This document shows positions 12,686 through 25,374 of a DNA stretch of 64,000 bases, piece after piece; the first letter of the stretch is position 1, and every line of letters starts with the position of its first letter. Location of the stretch: positions 1,054,001 through 1,118,000 of the forward strand of contig NW_026250404.1 of the NCBI RefSeq assembly GCF_024521635.1. Reading direction: 5' to 3'. The stretch comes from Tricharina praecox (lineage: Eukaryota). The position numbers and the translations under genes are program-made. Under the pieces are notes generated by a model. That model was not told the DNA's origin and did not search any database. It worked only from the letters and a program-made list of their open reading frames with translations.

Positions 12686-15631
12686 TCACCACGCCTCCCT
12701 TACCTGTTGAAACCCACTCGTCGCTGCAACTCCACCCGAAAAATCACCGTATTCAATCTCATAGCCATAATCAGTTCTCGCCCGCTTCGCAACACCTCCC
12801 TGGCCTCTCATATCTACTCCCTCATACTCCATCTCCATCACGCTGGTTTGGGTACGGCTTCTTCCAGCCGTACTTCCACCATGAGAATACCTCGTAATCG
12901 TCATTCCCCGCTTCTTGGTCACTTGAGTGACGACCCTTTCCCCTCCCCCTCCTTGTGTCATGGCCCTCGTCGACGGGGGTCTAAACGGGGTATTCATCAT
13001 CGTCGTCGAGCGTCTCGCACGGTACATTGACGGGGCTGTCGAGAAATCCAGCTTTGCCATTCCCATTGCGCCCGTAATGTCACGGTGTACGTTTGGCTGC
13101 GGGGAGCGGTATATGGCAGTCGCAGTGTACGCCCGACTCCGGGCTGCTCTGGTCGTAGTTGCAGGGCGATCGGGATCCCTTCTGAGTCTCGCTAACGCAT
13201 TGATGAAGTAACTCCCACTGTCTGGGGAAGGCTGCACGGTGTACACGCGGGTATCTCCTCCTTCCTCTAGAAGCGCTGGCCCCGGCTCTGGTGAAGGAGT
13301 AGGGGGATGTGAAGGTGGAGGCAAAGGGCTTAAATGCTCCGATGAAAACTGTCGAAAGCCGCCTCCGCCCCGCTGACCTCGCCTAGAATTCGGGATAGGT
13401 GAGCGTTGAGTCAGTTGCCGGTAGGCAGTGATTTTGGTTTGTTGAGTGTTCCATCCGCGAGTGCTAGGCTCTCGATTGAGGGGTCTCCAGCTGTCCATTT
13501 CACAACTAGGGTAGTTTCGCGGGGAATATGGTGCTAATTCTGGCTGCCGACCTTGTGGAAGCCTCCGTTTGCGAGTGTTGCCGTCTTGATCTAGGTGCTC
13601 CCAGTCGGCCTTCTCAGGCACACGCTTTCCGCCACTGGCGAAGAACTCTGGAGCATGGGAGCTGAATTCAAGATGCCGGGCACTGATTGGTCTCTGGGGG
13701 AGTGCTTTCCAGCCATCCTGCGCCACAGGAAGGTTGGAGGGAGGCTGTGGCTCATCATATACCGACGGCTTTAGCTAACGAGGAAGAAGTCAGAAATGCA
13801 ATGCAACAGTGATGTTGTTCCACATACTCTCGATTCTTTACCGTTCCGAACACTCCATTGATCTGGAAACTGTTCAATCTCCGTAATTCTTCTCTGTTGT
13901 TTAGAGGCCGATGTTGAAATCCTTGATTCTACTTGTGATTTGTTTCCAGGACGTCCTTCAACGGGAAAATTACTGTATATAGGGGAGCTATACGTGAGTG
14001 GTTCGTTGTCGTCCCAGAAAACTCCTCCGGCAGGTTTGGCAATCCCTTGGAAGTGGGAATCATCACGCGGTGATGTGGCGTGGCCGGCATGAGAGTCTGA
14101 TGCAATGCGGTCACTAAACATCTTCAGAGGTGCATCCTGCAATGGCTTCCTGCGATATATTCCTTGAAGCTCAATCTCCCTCCGGTTGTCAGATGTGTCC
14201 GGTGGCTCGGCTTCATGTAACTCTTCGGCGCCGGATTGATCCTAAAACCCAATTAGCTTTATACAAGTTGAAGGTTGGAACAACTGTACATACGTCAAGG
14301 TTTGGAACCGATCCCGACGAACCTGGACCCTACATAACTCAGTTACAGCACTTGTCGGAGGTCAAAGCAACCCGAGATATATATACCAGTTGGAGCATCG
14401 TTGGGTCTGTAAGACAAGCCGACACCAGGTCAACATCTAGACCAGCAAACAAACTTCTAGCGCCTCTGCTGCTGTTGCTTTCGGGTGTCGGTAACGCCGG
14501 AATCTTCCTACTGGAGGTCTGTGGGGTCTTCTCTAACGCCGCAAAAAGCCTCTGACCGAGTTCACTGATAGGATAGAGCTTACGAGCTGGAGTCTCGGTG
14601 ACACTCGACAATTCCGCCCTGGCGTCCGGCTGGCTCGCATCGATGGGATCGTATGGTAGATCAAGGGGTGGTGGGGTCCGATCCTCCTTTCCCCTGTAAG
14701 CAAGATTCACGGCCATATACAGCAGGGTGTGTACCTCGAAAGTGGGTTCCTTGCGAAAGATCGGGTTGTAAGATAGCGGCAGTGCACCCCAGACAGACAA
14801 GACTCCTTTCTTTCTCGGACGTCTCGCCTTTCGGGCTTCATCATCCGGGAGAGAACTAATGCTGACATTCCTCGCTGGCCTAATCGTCCTCTTCGACGTC
14901 TTATACTGTGCCGTCTTCTTCTTGCGAGAAGCCTTTCGAATTGCAGCGAGTTTCTTGAGGGCCTGATTTCGCCTCGTCGGCAAGTATTCTTCCAAGTCAC
15001 TGTCGGAATCACTTCCAACTAAAGGGGTTTCTCCATCCTCATCCTCCTCTCCCTCCTCATTCTGGTTGTCTGGCGAAGCACACATATCCACTTCGCTCTC
15101 GTCCTCCGCCTCGTCCTCATGGTAGTCTTCGAAGAGCTCCCATGGAAGCCCCGTTTCTGCTTGCTCCTCGGGTTCCCTCTCACTCTCGCTGAAGAGTTCC
15201 TCATCATCTGAAAGCTGTATTTCTCCATCTTCCTTAGGCCCCTCACTCAATCCAGCTAACTCTAGCAGTTCATCTCCATACTGCGTCGTATTATGGATGA
15301 GGGTGGATTGCCGCTTCCCTGGTACGACCAACGACTCGTCCTTCTCCTTCTCCTTGCCCTTCTCCTTCTCCTTGCCCTTCTCCTTCTCCTCCCTCTCCTG
15401 CTACATTCCATCAGTTAACTCTGAGCACTGAATCTATAGGAGGCCCTCACAATGAAAGAATCCGAAGTCGGCAACCGGCGACGAGGTCTGAAGTTTCTTG
15501 GCGTGCAACTGATCTATTGTTTCACATCCGAGATATCAGCACGACCCCTAGCACCGGTATGTATGTGAGCGGCATACCGCTCTCTCGATCTCCTCAAGCG
15601 TCATCCCGTCGCCGTCGCCGTTGGTCTCCAT
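12686..15631 (-). CDS. Hypothetical, largely low-complexity protein, 6 exons, ~889 aa; no recognisable family
   Basis: Exons 15631-15578, 15513-15451, 15400-14387, 14329-14294, 14241-13828, 13774-12686. Five 50-64 nt GT..AG introns join the three long minus-strand ORFs in frame. The 3' end may have one more small intron (12703-12664). Confidence 0.7.
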
Positions 15632-16707
15632 TGTGCGGGGTTGGCTGGTGGGGTGTGTTGTAGAAGGCAAGGTTACGTTCGTATAGAGTTTGGTTTCGGT
15701 CGTTCAGTCGGAACGGCGAGTATCACACAATGATCATGGCGGATGCGGGCGTCCGCATTAGTATGTAAAGCCATCACGTGCGCCCAGAAAGCTTGCATCC
15801 CGCTTGGGTCGATCGGTATAGACAAGTTTAGGTGGAGGGATCCTGCACAGTGGGAGAACTACTCTAATCCGACCCATCGATGTGCGCCGAGCATGTATGC
15901 ACAGCCGCCGGTGAGTCGGAGAGTTTATGGACAGCAGACTACGTAGCATCCACGTGAATCGATCTCAACAGGCTGATGCCTTGGGTCAGATTTCCTTGAT
16001 TGGCGCATTCGGCGAGTCGGCGACTTTGCGGACCGAATATGTACTACGTGGAAATCGAAGCATCTCATAAGTAAATACTCTATTGCACTGCCATGTTCCT
16101 ACGTAGTGATCACAAAATACCGTAGTCGGGCTATACAATGACTCAAGAGCCGTGAATCCTCCATGCGTTCGGCTATAACGGCACGCAGTACCGTATCGGC
16201 GTCAACCACGAATCGATGCACCACTCGCGTGCAGCACCGGTTCTCCCAAGATCAACTAGACGGTCGGGCGGTGGGTCTCTTTTTCGGACCGGCCGGAGTT
16301 TGGCGAAATCTATGAGCGGCTATATACTTTTGTTGCCGAAACGGGGTGTATCAAGTTCTCCGTTGCAGGGTCCGGAAGGAAGGTGGACTACTATCGTACC
16401 AGGCGAGCTTTCCCTCAACGAACTTAGGCTCGGAATTAACGGAATTGGCGGCGGAATGATAGACCGACTTCTAGAACTCCGTCTTATAAGCGAATCAAAA
16501 GGCTTGAAAAGATCCAGAGATTGTACGCCACTCTCGGAATTACTGGGAAGCGCCTACAGGAGAGTGACATGTCCCCTAAACATGAAGGAAGGAAGGGTGG
16601 GAGGGGGTAGTATTGAGGACTACATAAACCTGAGGAGCCCCGACACGACAGTCTCCACTTTCCGGAAGCCGAAATCCCCATTGTCCCAAAAACTCTGCCA
16701 ATACCGT

Positions 16708-16740
<33 letters not shown>

Positions 16741-16750
16741 AAACAACAAA

Positions 16751-18052
16751 ATGTCGTCGAGTGCCGAGTCGTACGCGCTCTCCCAGATGCTTGTCAGTTG
16801 CACTCCCGTGTCGCTACCCGTGACTTAGGTATCTAACACTTCACAGGCGAATGGCCCTCCATATCCAGCTCGAAACGCCGCATTCGGCGGAAAACCAGAT
16901 GATACGATTGACGTAGGTGTCTCGGCCATGTTCATAGTGATATTTGCGTGTCTCGCCGCCACACACATGTACCTCTTTAAGACCAACAAGGCGAAGGGTC
17001 ATTTCTTCATATTCTCGTGGGTTCTCCCGAAGAAAGATACGGTCGAAAATGTGCGGTGGGAACTGACGTTTGGTTACGTATAGCGGCGTCACTTTTGGTT
17101 TCTGCATGGCTCGAATCACCACTTTCGCGATGCGAATAGGTTCGCCCCCCCTCTCCCTCCGCCCACTTCCCGACGTGGCGGACGTTGGGAACCCACCGCG
17201 ATTTATATTCGTTAACCAATTTTTTTCTTTTTCTTTTACAGCCACTGCGAAAAACCCCGAGAACACGCAGGTGGCTATGGCGGCGGGCATCTTCGTCTCG
17301 GCGGGCGTGCTACTCCTCTATATCGTCAACCTGAACTTCACGCAACGGATAGTGCGTAGCTACCACCCGCGGTTCGGGCGCAGCAAGCCAGTGGTCATCG
17401 CCTTCGCCGTGTACTACGTTTCCGTTGTTTGCGTTTTGATAATGCGTGAGTCGAGTGATAACCGTCGTATATCCTATTGCAGGGGCTGGGACTGACCGAA
17501 GGCGAAATGTAGTCATCACGGCGACGGTCATAGGGTTCTACACCCTCGACACGGCCAGGCTGCTGAAGTGCCGGGATATCCAACGCTTCGGGATCATCTA
17601 CTTCACGGTGTTTTCGTTCATGCCGATTCCGCTAGTGCTCGCCGCACGCTTCATCCGCACTCCCGCGAAGGCAAAGTTTGGAAAAATGGGGACGACTATG
17701 CACAAGGTGATCATCGTAATAATTGCCAGTCTGTTACTCAGTGAGTTTCCCCCCGGCACACACAGAGAGATCGATTGCTAGCCAGTTAACCAGACTGACC
17801 AACGCAGCCCTCGAAAACGCCTTCCGCGCAGCAATCGCGTTCCTCCCTCCCCGGCCCATCACGAACCCCGCGTGGTACCACAAGCGCGCGGCTTTCTATG
17901 TTTTCCTGCCCACGCTCGAGGTGATCGTCGTCATCCTGTACGCCGTGGCCCGCGTCGACCAGAGGATGTTTGAGCATGGAAAGGCTGAGCGCGAGGCTAA
18001 TACCGCCAACACTTCTGACGAGGAGAAATCGAGATCGGGCACTGAGTTATGA
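16751..18052 (+). CDS. DUF3112-type multi-pass (about 7 TM) fungal membrane protein, 6 exons, ~314 aa
   Basis: Exons 16751-16792, 16847-17016, 17084-17139, 17242-17445, 17513-17740, 17808-18052 give 945 nt in frame. GPPYP..FGGKP..DVGVSAMF, GFCMARITTFAMRI, AAGIFVSAGVLLLYIVNLNFTQRIVRSYHPRFG, PRPITNPAWYHKRAAFYVF..EVIVVILYAVARVDQR match the family as I recall it. Confidence 0.82.
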
Positions 18053-18716
18053 GCAACGGCTACTCGTTCCGTATGGTGTAAATATATATATGGTGTAAAT
18101 ATATATATATGGCGTTGATTAATTGGTTAATAGTTAGAATACATTCCCCTCTTCGGTTTAGATAGATAGATAAATAGATGTATGGAGCGTCGGAACGATC
18201 GACTATCAGTAGTCGTTGCCGGAGCTGAGCTGAGCTGAGCCTAGCCACCGCCACCGATTCGCACCCAGAGCCCTTGATATGTATCACCATTCATAACCAG
18301 TGGCTAAAACACAGCCGGCCACCAGCCATCTTTCCCGCACGTTTTCGCTTGCAGGTTGACCACAGCCTTGTGGAGGAACGAGCGAGGCCCCGTCGGTATG
18401 CGGTTAGGTATCAAAAGGGCACACGGACACAGCGGCACAGTTGCACAGTTGCACAAGGGCGAATAATTTCGGATAATCAAGCTTATTTCATTGAAGCGAA
18501 CGAAAAGAACGTTTGAAGCGACATTAACAGAATTTCAAAAAACGAAACCCCGCAGAGAACCATCTCCTCGATCTCATCCCACTCCTTCACTCTTCCGCAG
18601 TCCCCTCCTCACTCCCCCAATTGCCACCGCGATGTGTTGTTATCCCCCGTGAACGATAGGCAGGCGTGACGTGGTGGGTGGGTCGGTTTGCTCAGAGATT
18701 GTCGTTAAAGAGACAT

Positions 18717-18857
18717 TTATTTATGCTGGAACGACGGACATATCAGTACAAGTCACGCGGGCAAGCTGGGAATGAGGAAACTGACAGGGCAGCCGTCGCA
18801 AGAGCAGCCCTCGCCGCATCCGCACGCTCCAGACGAGGCACATCCACAGCCAGACAT
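18717..18857 (-). CDS. Small fungal copper-type metallothionein, 26 aa: [26 protein letters not shown]
   Basis: Exon 1 18857-18786, 60-nt intron 18785-18726 (GTCAGG...TACTGAT...CCAG), exon 2 18725-18717 (CAT AAA TAA). Seven Cys in CxC-x5-CxC-x3-CxC-x2-C, the same spacing and length as Neurospora crassa Cu-metallothionein. Good start context (ATCATG). Confidence 0.9.
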
Positions 18858-21746
18858 GATGATAGTTGGTAGTTGGTGGGGGTGTTTGGTGGAAGGTTTT
18901 GGTTTTGTTGTGTGAGGTTCTGATTTATTCGAAGCGTGGTGAGGAAGGAAGGAAGGAAGGAAGGGAGATGAGGAGGGGGGAAAGAGGGGTCTATATCATG
19001 ATTTTCGCCCACTGGGTAAGCTCATACTTGCGTAGGTGCTTATCTAGGGCGGCGGTGGTGGCGAGGCGATCCGGTACCACCGGACTGTGTCAGGTTGTCC
19101 ATCTCCCCCACTACGTAACAAAACTGGGCGCCGCCAGCTACCGCTCTTTACTCCACCTACTACATCGTGTGTAGCGACGTTGGCCGGGAGCAGGGAGTAG
19201 ATTCTCGCAGCTTGGCAGTGTCTACGAGTAGAGTAGTATCGCACTCCAACCGTCCAAGTCCCATCTAGGCACATTTGGCGAGAATCCGATGCGTGCTTTG
19301 TGCGGGGTAGGCATGTCTGATGGGTACATACCGGGTGGCCAACCAACCAACTACTACTGATCTTGGGCGGGCGGGGGTTGTGCGTACGCATAAACCGGTT
19401 GGTAATGAATAGAGAAGGGTGGTGCGGCACACCCCGCACGTTGCAACCAGCTGAATTCATGGAACCGGTGATGTTTGTCTTGTCTCACCAGCGATCGGTA
19501 TCTTTTATAGACGTTTCCTACATGCCCATATCCTCCGTGACCTGGGGCTGGGGCCGCGATTCAATTCTTAGTGTTCTAGTACACTAAACATTGTAGCATG
19601 TAGCCACGATATCCGTGCCAAAATCCATATGAAGCATACATTCCTACGGTATCTACTCTAGACTACAGTACTCTACCTCATGCACGATTAACAAACGAAT
19701 CGACAACCGCCTTGGCGATGGCTATGGCAGGGACAGGGCCAAGTAACCGAGTAAGTATGCATGCATTCCTTTTTATGTAAGAAGTTACATATGATACCTA
19801 TCCGAGTTTGCGATGTGCATAGCCTTTCTTTACCCCTCGCGGCATACACACCCACGTGCAACTTACAGTGATGCAGCCGGATCTACTTTCGTCCTGTCGG
19901 AACGCTTGGGTTGGCGGCTTGGGAGTCGAGAAGATTTCTCTGCTTCATGCCACCGATAAGATCTTTGACTCCGCGGAGATGGAGACTTGTCGATGGCTAT
20001 CCGGCTTCTCTGAAGGTGTCTTTGGAAATTCCCTCTTGTGGTTATGGCCTTGGAGCTGGTCGGCGGGTTGGCTCAGCGTTGCCCCGAGTTCGAGTTCAGA
20101 CGGGTTGCATGCAGCAATCAAAACGTTGGATGCGGACTGCGATGGCGTGTAAGAAACGACCGGGGGTAACTATAGTCTACCTGATTTCAAGCGAGACTCT
20201 CCCCCACTACCCCCACAGAGCTTCACGGCAGGTATGTGTAGCCTCCTCGTTCCGTGAAGCCAGCCCCAAGTTAGTCGGCCAAAAAATATGATATACGTAC
20301 GATTACAGTGGGGCTCGTGCCTGTTTTTCTACTACGGGGGCTGTCCGGACTCCGGCGCCGGATTCATCTTGCCTACCTGACAGCTTCGCGCGGTAAGCTA
20401 CATATCTATCTATCTGGAGATGGATATGTACCAAGAGCGCCCCTCCCCGGGCTCCCCCTCATCTCATATCATAAGTGCTTTTTTCTCCTGTGGATCTGTA
20501 TTCGCTCCTCCAGCTGAATCTAGGACAGCCATCCTGGAGCCCAAACTTCGCATGTCCGGCGGTTCGAAGTTCGAACCCATACGTATACGTACGTACATGG
20601 CTCCTCTTCAGCTCTCAGGAATCCTTCTCCAGAGTCCAGACAGGAACATACACCCTCCCTCCCTCTGGAAGAAAGACTAGGGGAAGCGGGCTCCCTTCCA
20701 TAAACCATGGTAGCGGGATACAAAGACGCTATTACTCTACTGCCAAATATTCGCACACGTTTTTGGCAGGGCGATTCGAGGTCGTACACTATGACTCTTG
20801 GACTGCTCGTGTTCACGATCTCATCTCCACGAGAAAAGCAACAACAATGGGCTGCGGGGCTCAAGTCTTTAGAACCGCATCGAGAGCCTACAGGTGCCCG
20901 GCACAGGCGAGACACTCCCCATCCAACCAACCGTTAGTGGAGATGGCTTTGATGGGAGGCAGATGTAAGTTATCAGATGATCATTACCAACACGATTCTT
21001 GCTGCCGCCAATACTGGGGCTTGCACTACTACCTAGTAGGTAGGAGGAAGAGACGAATCGCTCTGGCCAGTCATGACGAACTGGGGATTCCTACTCCTGG
21101 GTATTTAGGTACATACGGCTGCCTCTCCGTCGACTCAGGACTGTGGATCGATCCATGTGATACAAGTCACACGAGCACCAATCACTACAGCTGGGCGACA
21201 TGTTGGGAAAACATACTCACCACCACAGCCCCGCCAGATTCACACCATGCCCAGACCAGAAGCCCGTGTCTCAGCTTCAGAAAATCCCGTGCTCCAACAT
21301 CATTCGGATTTCTCCGATTCCGAATGCTTTTAGATCTGCCTCGATGATGACTTTCTCTGCAGTGATGGCTTACGGGCATAGGTACCGAGGCGAGAATATT
21401 GATGTTGTAGTTAAGTGGAGTGCTATGTACTATCATAGATCACGGATAACAGAGTTTGGAACGTGTTTTGCTCACATCGTGGCACTCGTAAAGGCTATTG
21501 CCCTAACCTTAGTCTGCACGTGCCATATCTATATGTATACATGCTGCCAGAAACCCTATCCAAAAGTGGCGTAGCGCTCCCGCCAGATCCTACTTAGACA
21601 GGGTCTGCAACCAACCGCAAAATTTCTCGACATGGCGTCTCCTCGACACCGCAAAACAACCTCTTCCCTTCCTCGATACCGCGAAATAACCTTACTCTCT
21701 TCCCCAAAAACATCCCCTCCCACAGCAACTCCCACACACATTCAAG

Positions 21747-22845
21747 ATGGTCTCCTGTATGCATTTCCCCTCCCCCCCACCCCGGGCGCGTTCCTCCGAT
21801 ATGGGCTCAATGGAGCTAATTGAACCCGTTCGCGCACAGTCAACTGCGAGTCCTGCAACGACGTGATCAAGAAGCCCAAGCTTGACGCGCACCGCGGCCG
21901 TTGTCATAACGCCGTCTTTTCGTGCATTGACTGCTCCACCACGTTCCACGGAACAGATTACCGCACCCACACCGTTCGTTCCAACCTTCACCCTCCCTCC
22001 CCCCCACCTCCCACACATTCACACCACGCAAGCAGCTGACATATATACGCACTGCATAGAGCTGTATCTCTGAAGAACAAAAGTACCAGGGCGCGCTCTA
22101 CCGTCCCGACAAGGGCAAGGGAAAGAAGGGCACCAACGCCAAGAAGGAGGACCCCGTTCCCGCTCCCGCCTCTGTCGCCGTTGTCATCGAGATCAAGGAC
22201 GCCGAGATGGAGGACGCCGAGCCTGTTGTCGAGGAGGCTCCCAAGAAGGCCAAGAAGGAAAAGAAGGCCAAGAAGGAGAAGGCTGTCAAGAAGGTCGAGG
22301 AGGTGGCACCCGTCGTCGAGGAAGAGGCTAAGGAGGAGGCCCCCAAGGTCGAAGCCCCGAAGGAGGACAAGGTCGAGAAGAAGTCTAAGAAGAGTAAGAA
22401 GGAAAAGGTTGAGAAGGTTCCTGTCGCTCTTGTTGCTCCTGTCGCTCCTATCATCGCGGCTGAGGCTGAGGCCGCGGCGCCCGTCGAGAAGAAGGACAAG
22501 AAAGACAAGAAGCGCAAGCTCAATGCCGACGCCGAGACCGACCTTACGTCTGCTGCCACTTCCCAGGCTCCCGCTAAGAAGTCCAAGAAGGAGGGTGAGA
22601 CTGACAAAGTCGAGTCCAATGGAGTCACCAAGAAGGCCGTCCCCTCGCCTGCCGCCGCCGAGGCTTTTCTCGAGCAGATCAAGACCGGACGCCCTCTGTC
22701 TTTCCAGAAGGCGATCGCTCGCGTCGAGAAGGACCTTGGCGACAAGTTCAACTCCGAGGAACTGTTTTCCATGCTCCGCCTCAAGCGCGAGAAGGATGGT
22801 AGCATTGTCATCGCTGTTGCCAGTGCTAAGGAGGGGAAGAAATGA
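21747..22845 (+). CDS. LYAR-type C2HC zinc-finger nucleolar protein with K/E-rich tail, 3 exons, ~309 aa
   Basis: Exons 21747-21756, 21840-21973, 22060-22845 give MVSFNCESCNDVIKKPKLDAHRGRCHNAVFSCIDCSTTFHGTDYRTHTSCISEEQKYQGALY, the LYAR/YCR087C-A signature. Confidence 0.92.
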
Positions 22846-23278
22846 TAGACGATTTTAGAAGTTCATCCAGATTCTACATAGTGTCGAGGGTCTGTTACCT
22901 GTATGATACCGGCTTGCATTTGTTTGGGGTTCTGTGCGTGGAGTTTCGATGGTGTTCTTACAAAAGTTTGGGTTTCTGTGGGAGAGTGTGCCTGTATTTA
23001 ATGCCCCCCATTGTTGTACCTAGCAATTGAGTGTTGTTACCAAATCCGAAAAACAAATTCTGCTCGGAGGATTCGTAGCAGAGTGCAGCCCCATAATACC
23101 TCACTCGAGGGCCCCACTCCGGAGGGGTTACAAAGGTCCCCGGTCTCATGGACAGCAGTCACAGTTCTTCTGACGGATGGGCGAGTACTGTCCTATAGTC
23201 CACCAAAACTATCGTAATGGTATCACCGATAGTTCAGTAGGTACCTCCATCCTGTAACTGAAGACAGCCCATTTTTCC

Positions 23279-23600
23279 GTGAGCCCCACCGCTCACTGTC
23301 AACACTCTTTTGCGGACGGTTATTTTACTAACACCCCTACCAGGCTGGAGGCGGGATCGAGAGGAGAGCACACACAGAAGAAAGAGAAGATATGGAGGTT
23401 GATGGCCTAGGTATTCGGTAGACGATGAGAGAGAGAGAAGACGACTAAGGAGCAGGCGACTAAGACGCAGACGACTAAGACGCAGACGATTAAGGAGCAG
23501 ACGATTAATGAACAGACGATTAAGGAGCAAACGACCCCGCTGGACCCCACTAAAAGTTGATGCTCCCTACCAACCACATTCGCTTCCTCCCGCCGACAAG
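23279..23600 (+). repeat. Dispersed repeat family, copy A; contains a 15-bp tandem (AGACGA(C/T)TAAGGAGC-like x~6, 23440-23530)
   Basis: 23341-23440 aligns by eye with 49031-49130; 23532-23600 aligns with 49177-49255 and with the reverse complement of 35870-35930. Confidence 0.65.
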
Positions 23601-25374
23601 CCCTCCTCTCGCTCTCCCCCCAAACCCTCCCCAGTACGGATAGTGAGGGGCCTCCTCATCAGCCCGGCAGCGGCGGCAACACTCTCCGCCAAAGGTTCAT
23701 CTTTGTCCTTACTTACATACTTGCTGCATTGGAGTTCTGTCTCGCTTTGTCTTTGCCCGGGTCAAGTTTTTTTGGATGTGGCCGAGTGACGAGTCTTGGG
23801 TTCATAAAGTGACATCTCTCAGCCTTCTCTCTGCACGTTCCTTCTCCACGGTTCTGGTCTAATGAGCCGCTGCACTCCTTTGAAGGGGAGCCATACCGGT
23901 AGTGAACGTTGCTGCGTGATCATATCCTGGTTCAAGTTGACTGTCATGTTCATAGTATGTACTATATATAGCTTAAGCTCCAGAGTCCAGACTCTCTTTA
24001 CACATGAGTCTTGAGCAACAGACTTCCAATATCGCGTCAACATTCCTCACTGCTCAGTGATCACACCGAGAGGGATATCTCGCACGTGAGGAATCCTAAA
24101 ACTAGGGAGCATTCACTCAGCTTCCGAAATAACCACAGGGTATCTCTGGAAACAGTTTGTTCGAAAGTAAGGGCTTCGTCTAGACGGCAGATGAACGGGG
24201 TTCGCCGTTATAACGAGGTGCGAACCTATGGTATTATGCTTCGTTTGGTAAAAATCAGGACCTGCGCTTTTCGCTAGGCTGGGAATTCTGCATTTGTTTT
24301 CGCGGCAAAAGTTAAAATCAAGCGATTACTCGGTCTTTCTGACCCTATGAAGGTCCGGGTTTAAACTTTAAAGCGAAGCGCACCATACAAAGATAATCCG
24401 AAAATTGACAGAAATATCGACTTGGAAGACCGACACCATGCCTACATAACGAGTGATGGTAACCGCACGGAAGCCGGCCCCTAAGACTCGAGAGACGGGC
24501 GGTCAACCTGGGTTCTGAACGAAGTTCCATATCGGGCCAATGGGCAGGCATTTCTCGACTCACTACAAGGTGCTGATATTCCAGTCGTTTTGGTCGGGGC
24601 TCCGTACGGCAACGGTTGCCCTATCGAGCGAAGGTGGAGGCGGGCCGGCGCCACCTCCGCCACCTCCGCCACTCGTGCCACCATCTACCCTACTGGTCAG
24701 TGGTAGCCTCCGCGACGCCCACACCTCCGTAAATACCTACCACACCATGAATCGACCAGTCTTTTTGCGCCCGTGGAGATTCGGGGGTGGGTGTGTTCAC
24801 GGCTATTAGTGACGGGAATGTTGCGTTCGTCGGCCTAGGTATTTATATCACTGCGAAACCAGTACGGAACTCACGCCGTAGGACTGATGGTTCCCCAGAG
24901 TATTGTGATGGCGCAGATCAGCGGTTTTACCGGTTTTAAATGGACTTTAAAATGTTGGGCGGTATTGATCGTTATCGGTGGGGTTGTTTGGCTTGGTTTG
25001 ACGATTCCATTTCCCTTGTACATACCATGAGAGGGAGGATTCAAAGGATGTCAGGAAGGTGAATGGTCTGTTTCGATTATTATCATTATTTTGTTTTCAA
25101 GTTTAGACGGAATGGGAAAATAGCAAGGCAGAATAGGGACCACAAAGTTTAAACCCATTTCTTCGGGAATTCAAGACTCGATATAAATGTCACCGCGAGC
25201 AGCGCTCGATCCCAAGGAGCTCGGCCTTTTTGTTTGGTTCGAGGTTGGAATAGGTAGAGTATGTGCTCGTAAGTTGTGGACTTACAAGATCGCGATGGCG
25301 TGGGGAATTGAGGGGTGAAACAGGATTTCGGACATTCCCGATGTCACTCGCGCTGCTGGTTAAGATTCTCTAGG

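Noticed and set aside
19850..21574. Several 100-290 aa ORFs between the metallothionein and LYAR genes
   Set aside because: No recognisable motifs and no consistent splice model; possibly decayed coding DNA but unsupported.
24357..25156. 13-bp inverted pair GGGTTTAAACTTT / AAAGTTTAAACCC 800 bp apart
   Set aside because: Short, built on a palindromic core, does not extend, no target-site duplication; may be chance.
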